A DNA stretch of 64,000 bases, taken from assembly GCA_023663725.1 (NCBI GenBank), contig JAMPGX010000008.1:16477-80476 (forward strand), read 5' to 3'. Source of the DNA: a bacterium. Lineage in GTDB: Bacteria > Bacillota > Clostridia > Lachnospirales > Lachnospiraceae. Made by a program: the position numbers and the translations under genes. The notes under the pieces were generated by a model, which saw only the letters and a list, made by a program, of their open reading frames with translations, searched no databases and was not told the DNA's origin. Of this stretch, positions 9,801 to 19,807 are shown one piece after another. Within the stretch, counting starts at the first letter, position 1; every line of letters begins with the position of its first letter.

Positions 9801-11780
9801 ATGAAGAAGAAATTGGGGATACGCACTAAGCTGATTATCGTGATTATTCCGGTGGTACTGGCGCTGATCGCCTGCTTTTTTCTGATCAGCCGCCGTCTGA
9901 TTATCGAGCAGGCCCAGGAGAAGCTGGAAGCACAGTCCGCCGTATATGCGGAGGACGCCTCCGGCTGGGTCGAGCAGATACTGGGGGAGCTGAGAGTATA
10001 TCAGGACGCCATCAATAAGGGAACCTTTGACAATGATCGGGAGATATTGGCGTTCATGGAGATCTCGACGACAATCAATGAAGCTTATCCGGTGGGACTG
10101 TACATGGGGGATGACAGCGGCATATATCTGGACGCCTCCGGCTGGGTGCCGGGTGATGACTGGGTACTGACGGAGCGGGACTGGTATGTGGAGGGACGAG
10201 ACCATACAGAATTCGCCTTTGGCGAGCCCTATTATGACTCTCAGACGGGACAGGTCTGTGTCAGCGCCTCGGTGCGCATGGATTATGACAAAGCGGTCCG
10301 CGTGATGGCGGTAGATGTATATCTGGACTATGTGGCCAATATGATGAAAGAGATCAGGCTGGGGGAAAGCGGGAGAGCTTTTCTGGTGACTGGCAGTCAG
10401 GTGGTGATCGCTCACCCTGAGGAAGCGATGATGGAGGCCAATCTGCGCCAGGAGGGACTGGATGCACTCTACGGCAATATCAGCGGGGCGCTTGATGAGG
10501 GGCTCACCGGTCTGATCCGCATACAGGGCGATGACGGCGGCTATCTGAGCCATATCAGTCCGATTTCAGGCACGGACTGGCGGCTGGTGACTTTTATCTC
10601 GGAGAATGAGGTCCTTGCGGACCTGCATCTGCTGGAGCTGTATATGTTGGCGGTGGCTGTGGTGGCAGCGGCAGTGTTGGTGCTTCTGATTCTGAGGATG
10701 ATGAACCGGATTGTGAAGCCGGTGCAGGCGGTGACCGATACGCTGGCGGCGGTGGCAGCAGGCGATTTTACCCGCAATCTGGAGGTGAAGGGCCATGACG
10801 AGATCGCTATGATGAGCGGCAACATGCAGATGTTTCTGGAGAAGATGCGCGGCATGATCGCACAGATCAGCGATACCGCCAATTGGCTCAGCAAGCAGTC
10901 TCAGGACAACGGTGTGGTGTCAGGTACGTTGAACAGGTCTGCGGGATGTCAGCAAAAGGCCATGGAGGAGCTGCAGCTGATGGTAGAAAAGCTGTCGAAA
11001 ACAGTGGACAGCTTCAGTAATCAGATGGAGCAGCTGACGGCGGATATCCGCACTGCCCACAAGGAGGGAACACAGGCGGGAAATATCATGCAAGAGGCGG
11101 CGGCAGTGTCAAGGGATGGGCAGCAGGCCATGGCGCAGATCGGACAGGGTATGGATATGATCGAGCAGACCATCACCTCCCTGGCGGAGCAGGTCGGTCA
11201 TACCCGAGACACCATCGGGCGGATCAATGAGATGGTGGGCATGATCATGGATATTTCGGAGGAGACCAATCTGCTGGCGCTAAACGCCTCCATCGAGGCG
11301 GCCAGAGCGGGAGAGGCAGGGAAAGGCTTTGCTGTGGTGGCGGAGCAGATCGGTAAGCTGGCCGCCAACAGCAATGAGGCGGCGGATGATATCTCCAGAC
11401 TGACGCAGGATATCAGTGAGGCGGTATCCAAGGCTGTGGCACATACTGATACCAGCGTGGGCAAGGTCAAGGAGAGCGCTGCAATGATCGAGTCCGCCAG
11501 CCAGACCTTTAGCGGTGTGTTTGACCAGGTGGAGGAGACAGGCGGTATCGTAGCACATATGGTAGAGCTGATCGGCCAGGTGGATCAGGCGGCTCTGCAA
11601 ATGGCTGAACTCATGGAGGATCAGCTGCATGTGTCACAGGATATCTCCAGATCGGCTGCGGAGATGAGAGAGCAGACGGAGGTAGTGACCCTGCAGAGCG
11701 AGAAAGCGGCGGACAGCGCTCAGGCGTTGGAGCAGCAGTCAGGCAAGCTGCTGGCGGATATGAAGCAGTTTAAGATATAG
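9801..11780 (+). CDS. Methyl-accepting chemotaxis protein (Cache sensor, HAMP, MCP signal domain)
   Basis: TM-Cache (RDWY...GEPYYD)-TM-HAMP; signal motif [30 protein letters not shown]; start moved to ATG 9801 behind GAGGAG. Confidence 0.95.
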   Translation: MKKKLGIRTKLIIVIIPVVLALIACFFLISRRLIIEQAQEKLEAQSAVYAEDASGWVEQILGELRVYQDAINKGTFDNDREILAFMEISTTINEAYPVGLYMGDDSGIYLDASGWVPGDDWVLTERDWYVEGRDHTEFAFGEPYYDSQTGQVCVSASVRMDYDKAVRVMAVDVYLDYVANMMKEIRLGESGRAFLVTGSQVVIAHPEEAMMEANLRQEGLDALYGNISGALDEGLTGLIRIQGDDGGYLSHISPISGTDWRLVTFISENEVLADLHLLELYMLAVAVVAAAVLVLLILRMMNRIVKPVQAVTDTLAAVAAGDFTRNLEVKGHDEIAMMSGNMQMFLEKMRGMIAQISDTANWLSKQSQDNGVVSGTLNRSAGCQQKAMEELQLMVEKLSKTVDSFSNQMEQLTADIRTAHKEGTQAGNIMQEAAAVSRDGQQAMAQIGQGMDMIEQTITSLAEQVGHTRDTIGRINEMVGMIMDISEETNLLALNASIEAARAGEAGKGFAVVAEQIGKLAANSNEAADDISRLTQDISEAVSKAVAHTDTSVGKVKESAAMIESASQTFSGVFDQVEETGGIVAHMVELIGQVDQAALQMAELMEDQLHVSQDISRSAAEMREQTEVVTLQSEKAADSAQALEQQSGKLLADMKQFKI

Positions 11781-11806
11781 AGCCTGATTACATAACATTG
11801 TACACA

Positions 11807-11852
11807 GAAAAACAGACAGTTTGGAAAACTCCTGACTGTCTGTTTCTTTTTT
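11807..11852. terminator. Bidirectional intrinsic terminator between convergent genes
   Basis: AAACAGACAGT...ACTGTCTGTTT flanked by A and T runs. Confidence 0.75.
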
Positions 11853-11880
11853 CACATTGTGTTTCTAATTTTTCCAGCTC

Positions 11881-12591
11881 TTATTTCACGGTGATGGAGG
11901 TGATGTGAGGATTCACACCGTTGTACCAGTACAGGAAGCCTTCCATGTCTACGGTCTGGCCGATCTCCAGAGCCTTGACAGCCTTGTACACCTCGGTGTC
12001 AGCACCGCACAGATAGGACTCCACGGTAAAGGTGTATGTATTGCCGTTCAGGGATACATTGAAATACAGATCGCTTCCCTCCTCGCCGGAGCCGTCCCAG
12101 TTGTACAGGAAAGCGCTGCCGTCGCCGGCATCCTCAACGGTCATGCCCTTGAAGCTCACAAACTGGTTCTGATGCTTGATCAGGTCGTCCGTGCCCAGCA
12201 GGGAGGTCACGTCCTGAGCGGGGGCAATATAATTGCCGCTCATGATCTCGAAGGTGCCATCGATGATTTCGACTTCGCCAGACCACTCCGCCTTATAGCC
12301 GGTCACTTTGATCTTGGTACCGGGGGTCAGCTTGGCGTAATCCGCCTCAGAGCAGGCCATGTTGTACAGGAAGTACGCGCCATCCTTATCCTGGGCATAC
12401 ACAGTAGCCTTGTCCTCCCACCAATCCTGCTTGGCCTGCACATAGGCCTCGATCACGACCTGCGTGTCCAGAGCGGCGGCGTCATACTCGGCATAGGTCA
12501 TCACGCCCTCGGACTTCTTGTCCGTGTCGCCACAGCCAGCCAGTGCCAGCACCAGAGTGAGTGCCAGAGTTACAATAATACATTTTTTCAT
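11881..12591 (-). CDS. Lipoprotein with two probable OB-fold-like beta domains
   Basis: MKKCII...LAGC lipobox; two similar beta-rich halves (KIKVTG..EWSGEVEI / TVDMEG..WYNGVNPHI); RBS GAGGAG; fold call is inference. Confidence 0.7.
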   Translation of the reverse strand: MKKCIIVTLALTLVLALAGCGDTDKKSEGVMTYAEYDAAALDTQVVIEAYVQAKQDWWEDKATVYAQDKDGAYFLYNMACSEADYAKLTPGTKIKVTGYKAEWSGEVEIIDGTFEIMSGNYIAPAQDVTSLLGTDDLIKHQNQFVSFKGMTVEDAGDGSAFLYNWDGSGEEGSDLYFNVSLNGNTYTFTVESYLCGADTEVYKAVKALEIGQTVDMEGFLYWYNGVNPHITSITVK

Positions 12592-12665
12592 AAGTCTCTC
12601 CTCTTTTCTGATTTCGTTCACGGTTTTCAGTAACCAATGATATTATACCGCAATACGCCGATAAA

Positions 12666-14288
12666 TCAATGGTGAATCTGCCTTTTTTTCCGGTTCTTAA
12701 ACGCTCCATGTGCTACATATGCACCAATCAGCGCCCAGGCGACCGCCAGGCCGGATATCAGAGCGACTGCCATGGGAGGCAGTGGCCCCAGCTCCTGACG
12801 GCCTCCTGAGGCAGTATTGATATTGTCCAGGCGGTACAGGCTTGTGACATTCTCACAGAGCTTGTCCAGATAAGCGTCGTCGATAGTCTCCCTGCGGTTG
12901 ACAGACTTGGTAACCTCCTCAATCATCTGTCCGGCGGCGTCCCGCAGGGAGGCGGAGCCGTTGAATACAGGGGTAACGAAGGTGTCGCCAACATGGGAGA
13001 GCAGCAGGCGGGATGCCTTGATCTTGACGTCATAGTAGGTGCTGTTGTCCTGTCCGCAGCGGTCCAGATAGTCCTGATATTCGGCGCTGCTCTGCGCCTT
13101 GGAGGTGACTGGCACATAGCCCTCTGTCTCCGCGTAAGCGATCTGGACGTCATTGGTGAGCAGATACTGGGCAAAGAGCCAGGAAGCCAGCACCTCCTGG
13201 TCATCCGGCTTGTTGAACACACACACGGAAGGTCCCTGGGAGATCATCTGCGGATGCTTTGGGTCATACTGAGGGATGGGATACACCTCCGTCTCAAACT
13301 CCACCAGAGCCTCCTCGCTGATGTCTGACAGAGGGGCGTCGGTGCCCATCCAGGTGGCTCCCGCGGTGGAGTCAATGGCGAATACGCATTGGCCCGCATT
13401 CAGGAAATTGGCCGGATAGCTGGATATCTTGAAGGTGGAAAAAGCACCTGTGCGCGCGTGCTCTGCGACCGTGTACAACAGCTCGCGGGTGGTATCGTTG
13501 AAGATCTGGATATCTCCGCTGTCGGTGGAGTAGCCGGCGTCTCTCTGCCGCAGCAGTTGGATCATCATATTGTCCGTGGACTTGTAGATGAAGGGGATCA
13601 TGACCTTCTGACCGTTGACCAAATAGGTTCCGCCTTCGTCCTTGGCGGTGGCCGCCTCCGCCACCTCCCAGATAAAGTCCCAGGTCAGCGTCTCCGGCAG
13701 AGTGTAGCCGAGCGCTTCCACATAGGTCTTGTTCACATAGCAGGCCTCCGTGGAGCGCATAAAGGGAATCGCGTAATAGTGTTCGTCAATGGTACACTCA
13801 GTCTGGAACTGTGGAATGATCTCCTCCTGAGTGGGGCCGTCAAAGCGAAGCTCGCTTCCCCCCAGTCCATAGCGACTGTCCGCCATCAGCTCCTCCAGCG
13901 GCACCACAATATTTACGCCAGTCAGATAGGTGGCGATATGATCGGGGTAGGTGATGCACACATTGGGCGTGGTGCCCGTGGAGATATTGGTGATCACATC
14001 GCTGTAGATGCGGCCATAGTCCGTGTATAGCCGCAGATTTACCGTGATATTGGGATAGAGCTCCTGGAAATCGGCGATGGCTTTCTTATAGATGTCGGTC
14101 TGGGTCTTGTTGGTGTCGTTCTTGGCCCAGAAGGTAATCTCATACTCCTGAGAAGTGTCAAATTCCTCTGGAATCTGAAATGCCTCAAGTCCTCTGCTGC
14201 CATGGCATCCTGTGAGCATAAGAATCATTATCAGCGCAGCAAATAGGCCTGGCCGCTTTGTAATCAATTTAGACTTTCTATTGTTCAT
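12666..14288 (-). CDS. Carbohydrate ABC extracellular solute-binding lipoprotein with an extra C-terminal TM helix
   Basis: Start MNNRKSK behind AGGAGGG; LTGC lipobox; family-1 SBP motifs (YYAIPFMRSTE..YVNKT); hydrophobic C-terminus then KNRKKR. Confidence 0.85.
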   Translation of the reverse strand: MNNRKSKLITKRPGLFAALIMILMLTGCHGSRGLEAFQIPEEFDTSQEYEITFWAKNDTNKTQTDIYKKAIADFQELYPNITVNLRLYTDYGRIYSDVITNISTGTTPNVCITYPDHIATYLTGVNIVVPLEELMADSRYGLGGSELRFDGPTQEEIIPQFQTECTIDEHYYAIPFMRSTEACYVNKTYVEALGYTLPETLTWDFIWEVAEAATAKDEGGTYLVNGQKVMIPFIYKSTDNMMIQLLRQRDAGYSTDSGDIQIFNDTTRELLYTVAEHARTGAFSTFKISSYPANFLNAGQCVFAIDSTAGATWMGTDAPLSDISEEALVEFETEVYPIPQYDPKHPQMISQGPSVCVFNKPDDQEVLASWLFAQYLLTNDVQIAYAETEGYVPVTSKAQSSAEYQDYLDRCGQDNSTYYDVKIKASRLLLSHVGDTFVTPVFNGSASLRDAAGQMIEEVTKSVNRRETIDDAYLDKLCENVTSLYRLDNINTASGGRQELGPLPPMAVALISGLAVAWALIGAYVAHGAFKNRKKRQIHH

Positions 14289-14314
14289 GCAAGCCCTCCT
14301 TGTTGTCAATCTGT

Positions 14315-14546
14315 TTACTTTGCTAGTGTCATTGTGTACATTGTATATTCCAACGCGGGCACGCTCTCGCTTCGTTCTCGCCGTAGCGGTACATAAGATG
14401 CTATAATACAGCATCGAGGGTTGCTAGCAACCCTAGGTACCGACGGCTCGTGGTGTTACGGTTGCAAACCGTAACACGAAGCCCGCTTATGGAATATACA
14501 ATATACACAATTCGGTACTGGCAGTAATGGGTTTCGCAATTGTTTA
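14315..14546 (-). mobile_element. MITE-like structured element, copy A (one TIR lost)
   Basis: Reverse complement aligns to 49995..50204; TIR TTTCGCAATTGTTTA at 14532-14546; two extra hairpin inserts. Confidence 0.85.
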
Positions 14547-14558
14547 AATATGTTTTAT

Positions 14559-14710
14559 TAGGCATTTGTAAAACTTAGTTACTTTGCTAGTGTCATTGCG
14601 AACATTGTATACTTCAATGAAGGCACGCTCTCGCTTCGTTCTCGCCGTAGCGGTACATAGGATGCCAAAAAATGGCATCGAGGTTTGTTAGTAACCTTGG
14701 TACTGACGGT
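14559..14710 (-). mobile_element. MITE-like element, partial copy B, tandem to copy A
   Basis: Near-identical core GGCACGCTCTCGCTTCGTTCTCGCCGTAGCGGTACATA; degenerate TIR TAGGCATTTGTAAAA at 14559; 12 nt from copy A. Confidence 0.75.
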
Positions 14711-14753
14711 GTCACATGATCTGCAATAATTTAATGGCTCTATAAATTGAAAG

Positions 14754-15002
14754 CTATAGTTGCTTAAAATATGCTTTCAACTCTGCTTTGCATTTAGCGT
14801 CAAGCTGTTTCATCTCAACACCGCGAATGGCAGCTTCTAAATGATAGAGGATAACTACACAAGTATTGGGGTATAATTCCCTGAGTCGAAAAACTGCTTG
14901 TTTACTGCCAAGTTTCATTAATTCCTCTGCTGAATGAATACCAACCATATGGAGTTTCTTTTCCATTGTTTTACCTAATCCTAATGATGTGACTGCTGAC
15001 AT
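14754..15002 (-). CDS. TfoX/Sxy C-terminal domain protein (stand-alone)
   Basis: 82 aa; LGKTMEKKLHMVGIHSAEELMKLGS...LYHLEAAIRG matches the TfoX_C pattern; AT-rich. Confidence 0.8.
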   Translation of the reverse strand: MSAVTSLGLGKTMEKKLHMVGIHSAEELMKLGSKQAVFRLRELYPNTCVVILYHLEAAIRGVEMKQLDAKCKAELKAYFKQL

Positions 15003-15069
15003 TTTTTCTCCTTTTTATTCGCCACCGCTAATTGATACAATATCAATTTATTTTCAAAAAAGAGGTTTT

Positions 15070-15464
15070 TTACTCTTCCAGTATAATGTTTAGTTCACCC
15101 ATAGATACTCTGATTTCGTCTATGTCTCCATACAATGCATCGGTCTTTTTCAAAATGACAGGCGTAGAAAAGTCCGTCTGAAAGCGCCGTTTTTCATAAG
15201 CTCATCATATTCGAGTGTGCTGTATAATTCATCCCAGGTCCCCCAAAATGCCGCTGTAATATAGGGTTTTGGTTCCTCATCGATATCTTCCAGAACATAT
15301 TGGAGAGCTTCCGCTTTCGCAAGCTCCACGATAGCATCCGGTGCGCCCATAAAGTAGTTCATTGCATCTTGATATGGCGTTTTTGCCAATATATCTTGAA
15401 ATACAGCAATGATATACTTTTTACCAAAAGTAATTGTGCCGCGACATCCCTGGCTGTTATTCAT
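15070..15464 (-). pseudogene. AT-rich gene fragment with an apparent frameshift near 15170
   Basis: 104-aa ORF with no RBS; a second frame (DFSTPVILKK...ILEE*) continues to TAA at 15070. Confidence 0.4.
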
Positions 15465-15491
15465 GCAGTAATTTATGCCATCCCAACCTTT

Positions 15492-16367
15492 TTACCCCTT
15501 GGTGCCACCTCTGGCGACGCCCGCCATGACCTTCTGGCGGAAGATCAAAAACAGCACGATCAGCGGGACGGAGATCACCACCACAGCGGCCATCATAGCG
15601 GGGATATTCTCCCGTCCAAAGCCGTTCTCCCGAATCTCCTGGATGCCGTTCGACACCAGATAGTAGTCCGGGTCGTCGGTGATCAGGCGGGGCCATACAT
15701 AGGAGTTCCAGCACTCGATGACCTTGAGGATGATAATGGTGATCAGCGTGGGGCGGCAGATCGGGATCATGACCCGACGCAGATAGCGCAGATCAGAGGT
15801 GCCATCGACCTTGGCCGCGTAGTACAGTTCATCCGGTATCTGGGCAAAATTCTCCTTCAGCAGATAGATGTAGAACACGGATGTCACCGAGGGCAGAATC
15901 AGCCCGATAAAGGTATTGCGCAGCCCCAGATTGGTGACTGTAGTGAAATTGGTGATGACCACCAGCTCGTTGGGAATCATCATCAGGGACAAAAACAGAG
16001 TGAACGCCAGATCTTTTCCTCTGAAATCCAGGCGGGCAAAGGCAAAGGCCGCCAGCGTGATGACCACCAGCATGATGGCCGTGGTGATCAGCGTGAAGAT
16101 CAGGGTGTTCAGCAGATAGCGGCCCAGATTCACTGTGGTGAAGGCGTCCACATAGTTCTGCAGGGTGGGAGACAGCGTGAAGAAGGAGGGCACATGCTCC
16201 GCGTTGTAGGAGCCATAGCTCTTCACCGATGTTAGCAGCATCCAGTAAAAGGGGAACAGGACGATCAGGCCCCACAGTGCCAGCAGGGTGTAGATGACGG
16301 TGTTGGTAAGGAGCCGCACGGTCCTGGCGCGGCGTTCTATTGTCTGGTAACCAATGTTTTTGCTCAT
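15492..16367 (-). CDS. Carbohydrate ABC transporter permease (MalG-like)
   Basis: EAA-type loop YYAAKVDGTSDLRYLRRVMIP; TM helices. Confidence 0.92.
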   Translation of the reverse strand: MSKNIGYQTIERRARTVRLLTNTVIYTLLALWGLIVLFPFYWMLLTSVKSYGSYNAEHVPSFFTLSPTLQNYVDAFTTVNLGRYLLNTLIFTLITTAIMLVVITLAAFAFARLDFRGKDLAFTLFLSLMMIPNELVVITNFTTVTNLGLRNTFIGLILPSVTSVFYIYLLKENFAQIPDELYYAAKVDGTSDLRYLRRVMIPICRPTLITIIILKVIECWNSYVWPRLITDDPDYYLVSNGIQEIRENGFGRENIPAMMAAVVVISVPLIVLFLIFRQKVMAGVARGGTKG

Positions 16368-16402
16368 GAAAGGAATCTCCTCAAATATCAGGCGGAAAAA
16401 TG

Positions 16403-17293
16403 TCAGTAGTGTACATGCTTTTTGCTGACCAGCAGATTGATACAGGTGATGGTCAGCACGATGGCGAACAGAATGATGGCCGCCGCCGACGCATACGAGG
16501 GATAGCCGCCGCTGTCCCCGTAGAGCATGTCATAGACATAGCCCACGATGGTGTTCATCTCCGCCGCGTTTAAGTTCGTGCCAAACAGGGCTACCGCGTC
16601 GCTGTAGGCCTTGAATGCACCGATAAAACCGGTGATGACCAGGTAGAAGACCATGGGCGAGATCATCGGCAGCGTGATCTTGGTAAAAATGCGCCACCTC
16701 GGAGTGCCGTCCACCCGGGCCGCATTGTAGTAGACCTGGTTCACCGAGGCCAGAGCGCTGGTCAGGATCAGGATCTTGAAGGGCATGACTACCCATATGG
16801 TGTAAAAGCACAGCACGAACATTTTGGCCCAGTAGGGACCGTCGATAAAGTCCACGGAGCTGCCTCCGAAGCTCTGAATCAGCAGATTTACCAGGCCGTC
16901 GGAGTAGGCGGTCTTTTTAAAGAGGATCATGAATACCAGGCCCACCGCCAGAGTGTTGGTCACATAGGGCAGGAAATACACGGTCTGGAACAGGTTCCGC
17001 AGGGGCTTTATGGAGCTCAGGGCCGCGGAGATCAGCAGCGCGAGGCCCGTGGACAGAGGCACTGTGATTACGACCAGGATCAGCGTGTTTTTCACCGCCT
17101 GTAAAAAGTACGGGTCGTGCAGCACATAGGAGTAGTTGTACAGCCCTGTGCCGGAAAAGGTCTGGGAGGCGGAATTATACCCCTCCTCAAAGGAGTATAT
17201 GAATACGTCTATCAGCGGATAGATCATGAACGCGCCCAGAAACAGGAAGGCGGGCAGCAGATAGAGCCAGCCCTTTGCATTTTTATTGTCCAT
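16403..17293 (-). CDS. Carbohydrate ABC transporter permease (MalF-like)
   Basis: YYNAARVDGTPRWRIFTKITLP loop; TM helices. Confidence 0.92.
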   Translation of the reverse strand: MDNKNAKGWLYLLPAFLFLGAFMIYPLIDVFIYSFEEGYNSASQTFSGTGLYNYSYVLHDPYFLQAVKNTLILVVITVPLSTGLALLISAALSSIKPLRNLFQTVYFLPYVTNTLAVGLVFMILFKKTAYSDGLVNLLIQSFGGSSVDFIDGPYWAKMFVLCFYTIWVVMPFKILILTSALASVNQVYYNAARVDGTPRWRIFTKITLPMISPMVFYLVITGFIGAFKAYSDAVALFGTNLNAAEMNTIVGYVYDMLYGDSGGYPSYASAAAIILFAIVLTITCINLLVSKKHVHY

Positions 17294-17310
17294 GGCGAGT
17301 CTCCTTTGCG

Positions 17311-18414
17311 TCAGTCGGCGGTGAACGGAATTCTCTCTCCAGTCTGTGGGTCAAACAGGTAGAGCTTGTGGGGCTTGAGGGCAAAACGCACTGTCTTCGC
17401 ATCCGGTTCCACTTGATTCTCCGCGTTGATGATGGAGCGGATGGCCGTATTCTCACAGCAGGCGTGGGTGGACACGACACTGATGTCCCGCCCCATGACC
17501 TCCACTCGGTTCAGATCGCAGGTCAGAGGCCCGTCATCCCGAAGGATGAAGCCCTCGGGACGGATGCCAACGGTGACTTCCCGGTCAGGCACGTCCCGCA
17601 GGGCGAGAACCGCCTCCTGGCCGATATGGAGCTGTCCGCCGGACACCCTGGCGTGGAAGATATTGATGGGCGGAGTGCCCAGGAACTTGGCCACAAACAG
17701 GTTGACCGGATCGTCATAGACCTGCTGGGGCTTGCCTGTCTGCTGTACCACGCCCTCTTTCATGACTACGATCAGATCGGAGATGCTCATGGCCTCCTCC
17801 TGATCGTGGGTCACAAATATGGTGGTGACACCGGTCTGACGCTGGATGCGGCGTATTTCCTCACGGGTCTGCAGGCGCAGACGGGCGTCCAGATTGGACA
17901 GAGGCTCGTCCAGCAGCAGCACGCGGGGCGTTTTTACCAGCGCACGGGCGATGGCCACGCGCTGCTGTTGCCCACCGGACAGTTCGCTGGGCTTCCTGTC
18001 CATCAGACCTTCGAGCTGTACCAGCCGTGCCGCCTCCATAGCCCTCTTTTCCATCTCTTCCCGGGAGAGCTTGTCCGCTCCGCGAAGATTTTCCAGCGGG
18101 AAAGTGATGTTTCTCAGCACTGTCAGGTGGGGATAGAGGGCGTAGCTCTGGAACACCAGCCCCACTCCCCGGTGCTCCGGGGGCAGATCGGTCACGTCAT
18201 CCTCGCCGAAGAAGATCCTGCCGGCGGTGGGCTTTAACAGGCCGCAGATCAGGTTGAGAGCCGTACTCTTGCCACAGCCGGAAGGCCCCAGCAGGCCCAC
18301 CAGCTTGCCATCGGGGATCTCGAAGGTGAAATCATTGACCGCGATCACCTCCCCAGGGGATTTCTTGTTGCGGCTGGGGAATTTCTTTGTCAGATTTTGC
18401 AATACGATTTTCAT
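17311..18414 (-). CDS. Carbohydrate ABC transporter ATP-binding protein (MalK-like)
   Basis: GPSGCGKS, LSGGQQQR, LLLDEP, C-terminal TOBE-type tail. Confidence 0.95.
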   Translation of the reverse strand: MKIVLQNLTKKFPSRNKKSPGEVIAVNDFTFEIPDGKLVGLLGPSGCGKSTALNLICGLLKPTAGRIFFGEDDVTDLPPEHRGVGLVFQSYALYPHLTVLRNITFPLENLRGADKLSREEMEKRAMEAARLVQLEGLMDRKPSELSGGQQQRVAIARALVKTPRVLLLDEPLSNLDARLRLQTREEIRRIQRQTGVTTIFVTHDQEEAMSISDLIVVMKEGVVQQTGKPQQVYDDPVNLFVAKFLGTPPINIFHARVSGGQLHIGQEAVLALRDVPDREVTVGIRPEGFILRDDGPLTCDLNRVEVMGRDISVVSTHACCENTAIRSIINAENQVEPDAKTVRFALKPHKLYLFDPQTGERIPFTAD

Positions 18415-18444
18415 GTTGTACTACCTCTCTGTCTATCTGATGAT

Positions 18445-18587
18445 TAGGTAATTGCGAAACGACTCTTTTCTGGAACAGGGAATGGGCAATATATACAAAA
18501 TAAGGGCGACTTGCCACTGCATCGGAGCCCGTTTTTGTATATATTGACCAGTCCCGTCACTTGCGGAGAGAGTTTCGCAATTGACTA
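18445..18587. mobile_element. 143-bp MITE-like element, copy C (same TIR family, different internal palindrome)
   Basis: TIRs TAGGTAATTGCGAAAC / GTTTCGCAATTGACTA; 11-bp direct repeat TATCTGATGAT at 18434-18444 and 18588-18598. Confidence 0.88.
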
Positions 18588-18620
18588 TATCTGATGATGT
18601 AAAAGGCGATGTCCGGAGGC

Positions 18621-19796
18621 TCAGTCCGTAGTCGCAAGCATGTCCGCTATGGCCCAGTGGGGATTGTCCACACCGTCGTCGGAGTCATCATAGTATACGA
18701 AGTAAAAGGTGGAGTCAATGGTATTGGTCCTGCGGCTCCCCGAGTTCAATAGCATCGTCTTCTTAAAATAGATGTGACAGGAGTAACAGTCCTCCCCGTA
18801 GGGGATGTAATCCGTCACTGCAATATCTGAGTAGGGGGAGGCGGGCAGTGTGTGGGAGCTGATAAAGGTGATATCTACGCCGCGCGCATAGCTCTCCGCG
18901 ATATCCCAGTAATAGGAATCCCTGATCAAGTACTTCTGTATGGTGTCCAGGCCGTTGAGGGGCCCTGCCAGATCCCGCGTCATAAAGTTTTCCCAGGTCT
19001 GTGCCATCTTCAGGGCTTCCCGCTCGTACTCCTCGGGCATCTGCTGTTTTTCTTTGTGATAGTCCACGTAGATATTGCCCTGTTCGTCCGGCGAAAACGC
19101 AACCGCCTGCCCCGCCGCGTCGAGAATCTCGATGGAGGGCTCCGCCAACAGCCCACTCACCTGGTATTCCACGAGCACGGGCATCTTGACATACGGGGAT
19201 ACATTGGCGAATGCAGGGTACGGCGTCTCTTTGCCGGTGAGACTTTCACTGCCTAAGAGTATGCCGTTGACGGAGACCTGATAGCAGTCGGGAATGCAGA
19301 GCGTATAGTCCCGCGGCTTCTGCGTTAGGATTGGCGATACTTCGCGGATATCCCAGTCCATTATGGTAAGGATGCCGAAGATCACATGGGCGTCTGAGGC
19401 GGAGAGCGTTACCCGCGCAACAGGGACACTGTCCGCGGCGACTGTATAGACCGGCTCCTCCGCCAGATAACTTTCCGGATCCTTTTCATAGGTGTAGTCC
19501 TCCGTGCCGTCGAGCTGCGCAGCATACAGATCGCCGTACATTTCCGCTGTCTCAAATGCATTCTGCGGCTTTGGCATGGATATGTGCTGTGTAAGGCTAC
19601 CCTCGGAAGCCATCTGGCGGAGCTCAGCGATATAGTCCTCCATCTTTTTCCCCGGCTGGGAAGCTTCATACTGCATCAGGGACTTGTCTGTGTAGATGAG
19701 AAAGCTCCAGCATAAAACCAGAAGCGCCGCGGTATAGAGACCGAGCATAACCCAGTAGAGGGACCTTTTTTTTCTTTGTTTTTTCTTAGTACGCAT
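18621..19796 (-). CDS. Single-TM extracellular protein of unknown function
   Basis: Basic N-terminus, one TM helix, large acidic ectodomain; last gene of the envelope operon. Confidence 0.75.
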   Translation of the reverse strand: MRTKKKQRKKRSLYWVMLGLYTAALLVLCWSFLIYTDKSLMQYEASQPGKKMEDYIAELRQMASEGSLTQHISMPKPQNAFETAEMYGDLYAAQLDGTEDYTYEKDPESYLAEEPVYTVAADSVPVARVTLSASDAHVIFGILTIMDWDIREVSPILTQKPRDYTLCIPDCYQVSVNGILLGSESLTGKETPYPAFANVSPYVKMPVLVEYQVSGLLAEPSIEILDAAGQAVAFSPDEQGNIYVDYHKEKQQMPEEYEREALKMAQTWENFMTRDLAGPLNGLDTIQKYLIRDSYYWDIAESYARGVDITFISSHTLPASPYSDIAVTDYIPYGEDCYSCHIYFKKTMLLNSGSRRTNTIDSTFYFVYYDDSDDGVDNPHWAIADMLATTD

Positions 19797-19807
19797 ATCC
19801 ATCCCCC

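Noticed and set aside
14289-14414. ORF-track N-terminal extension of the SBP, and ORFs 49189..49485, 50081..50284, 50085..50276
   Set aside because: They are translations of the MITE repeat with no RBS
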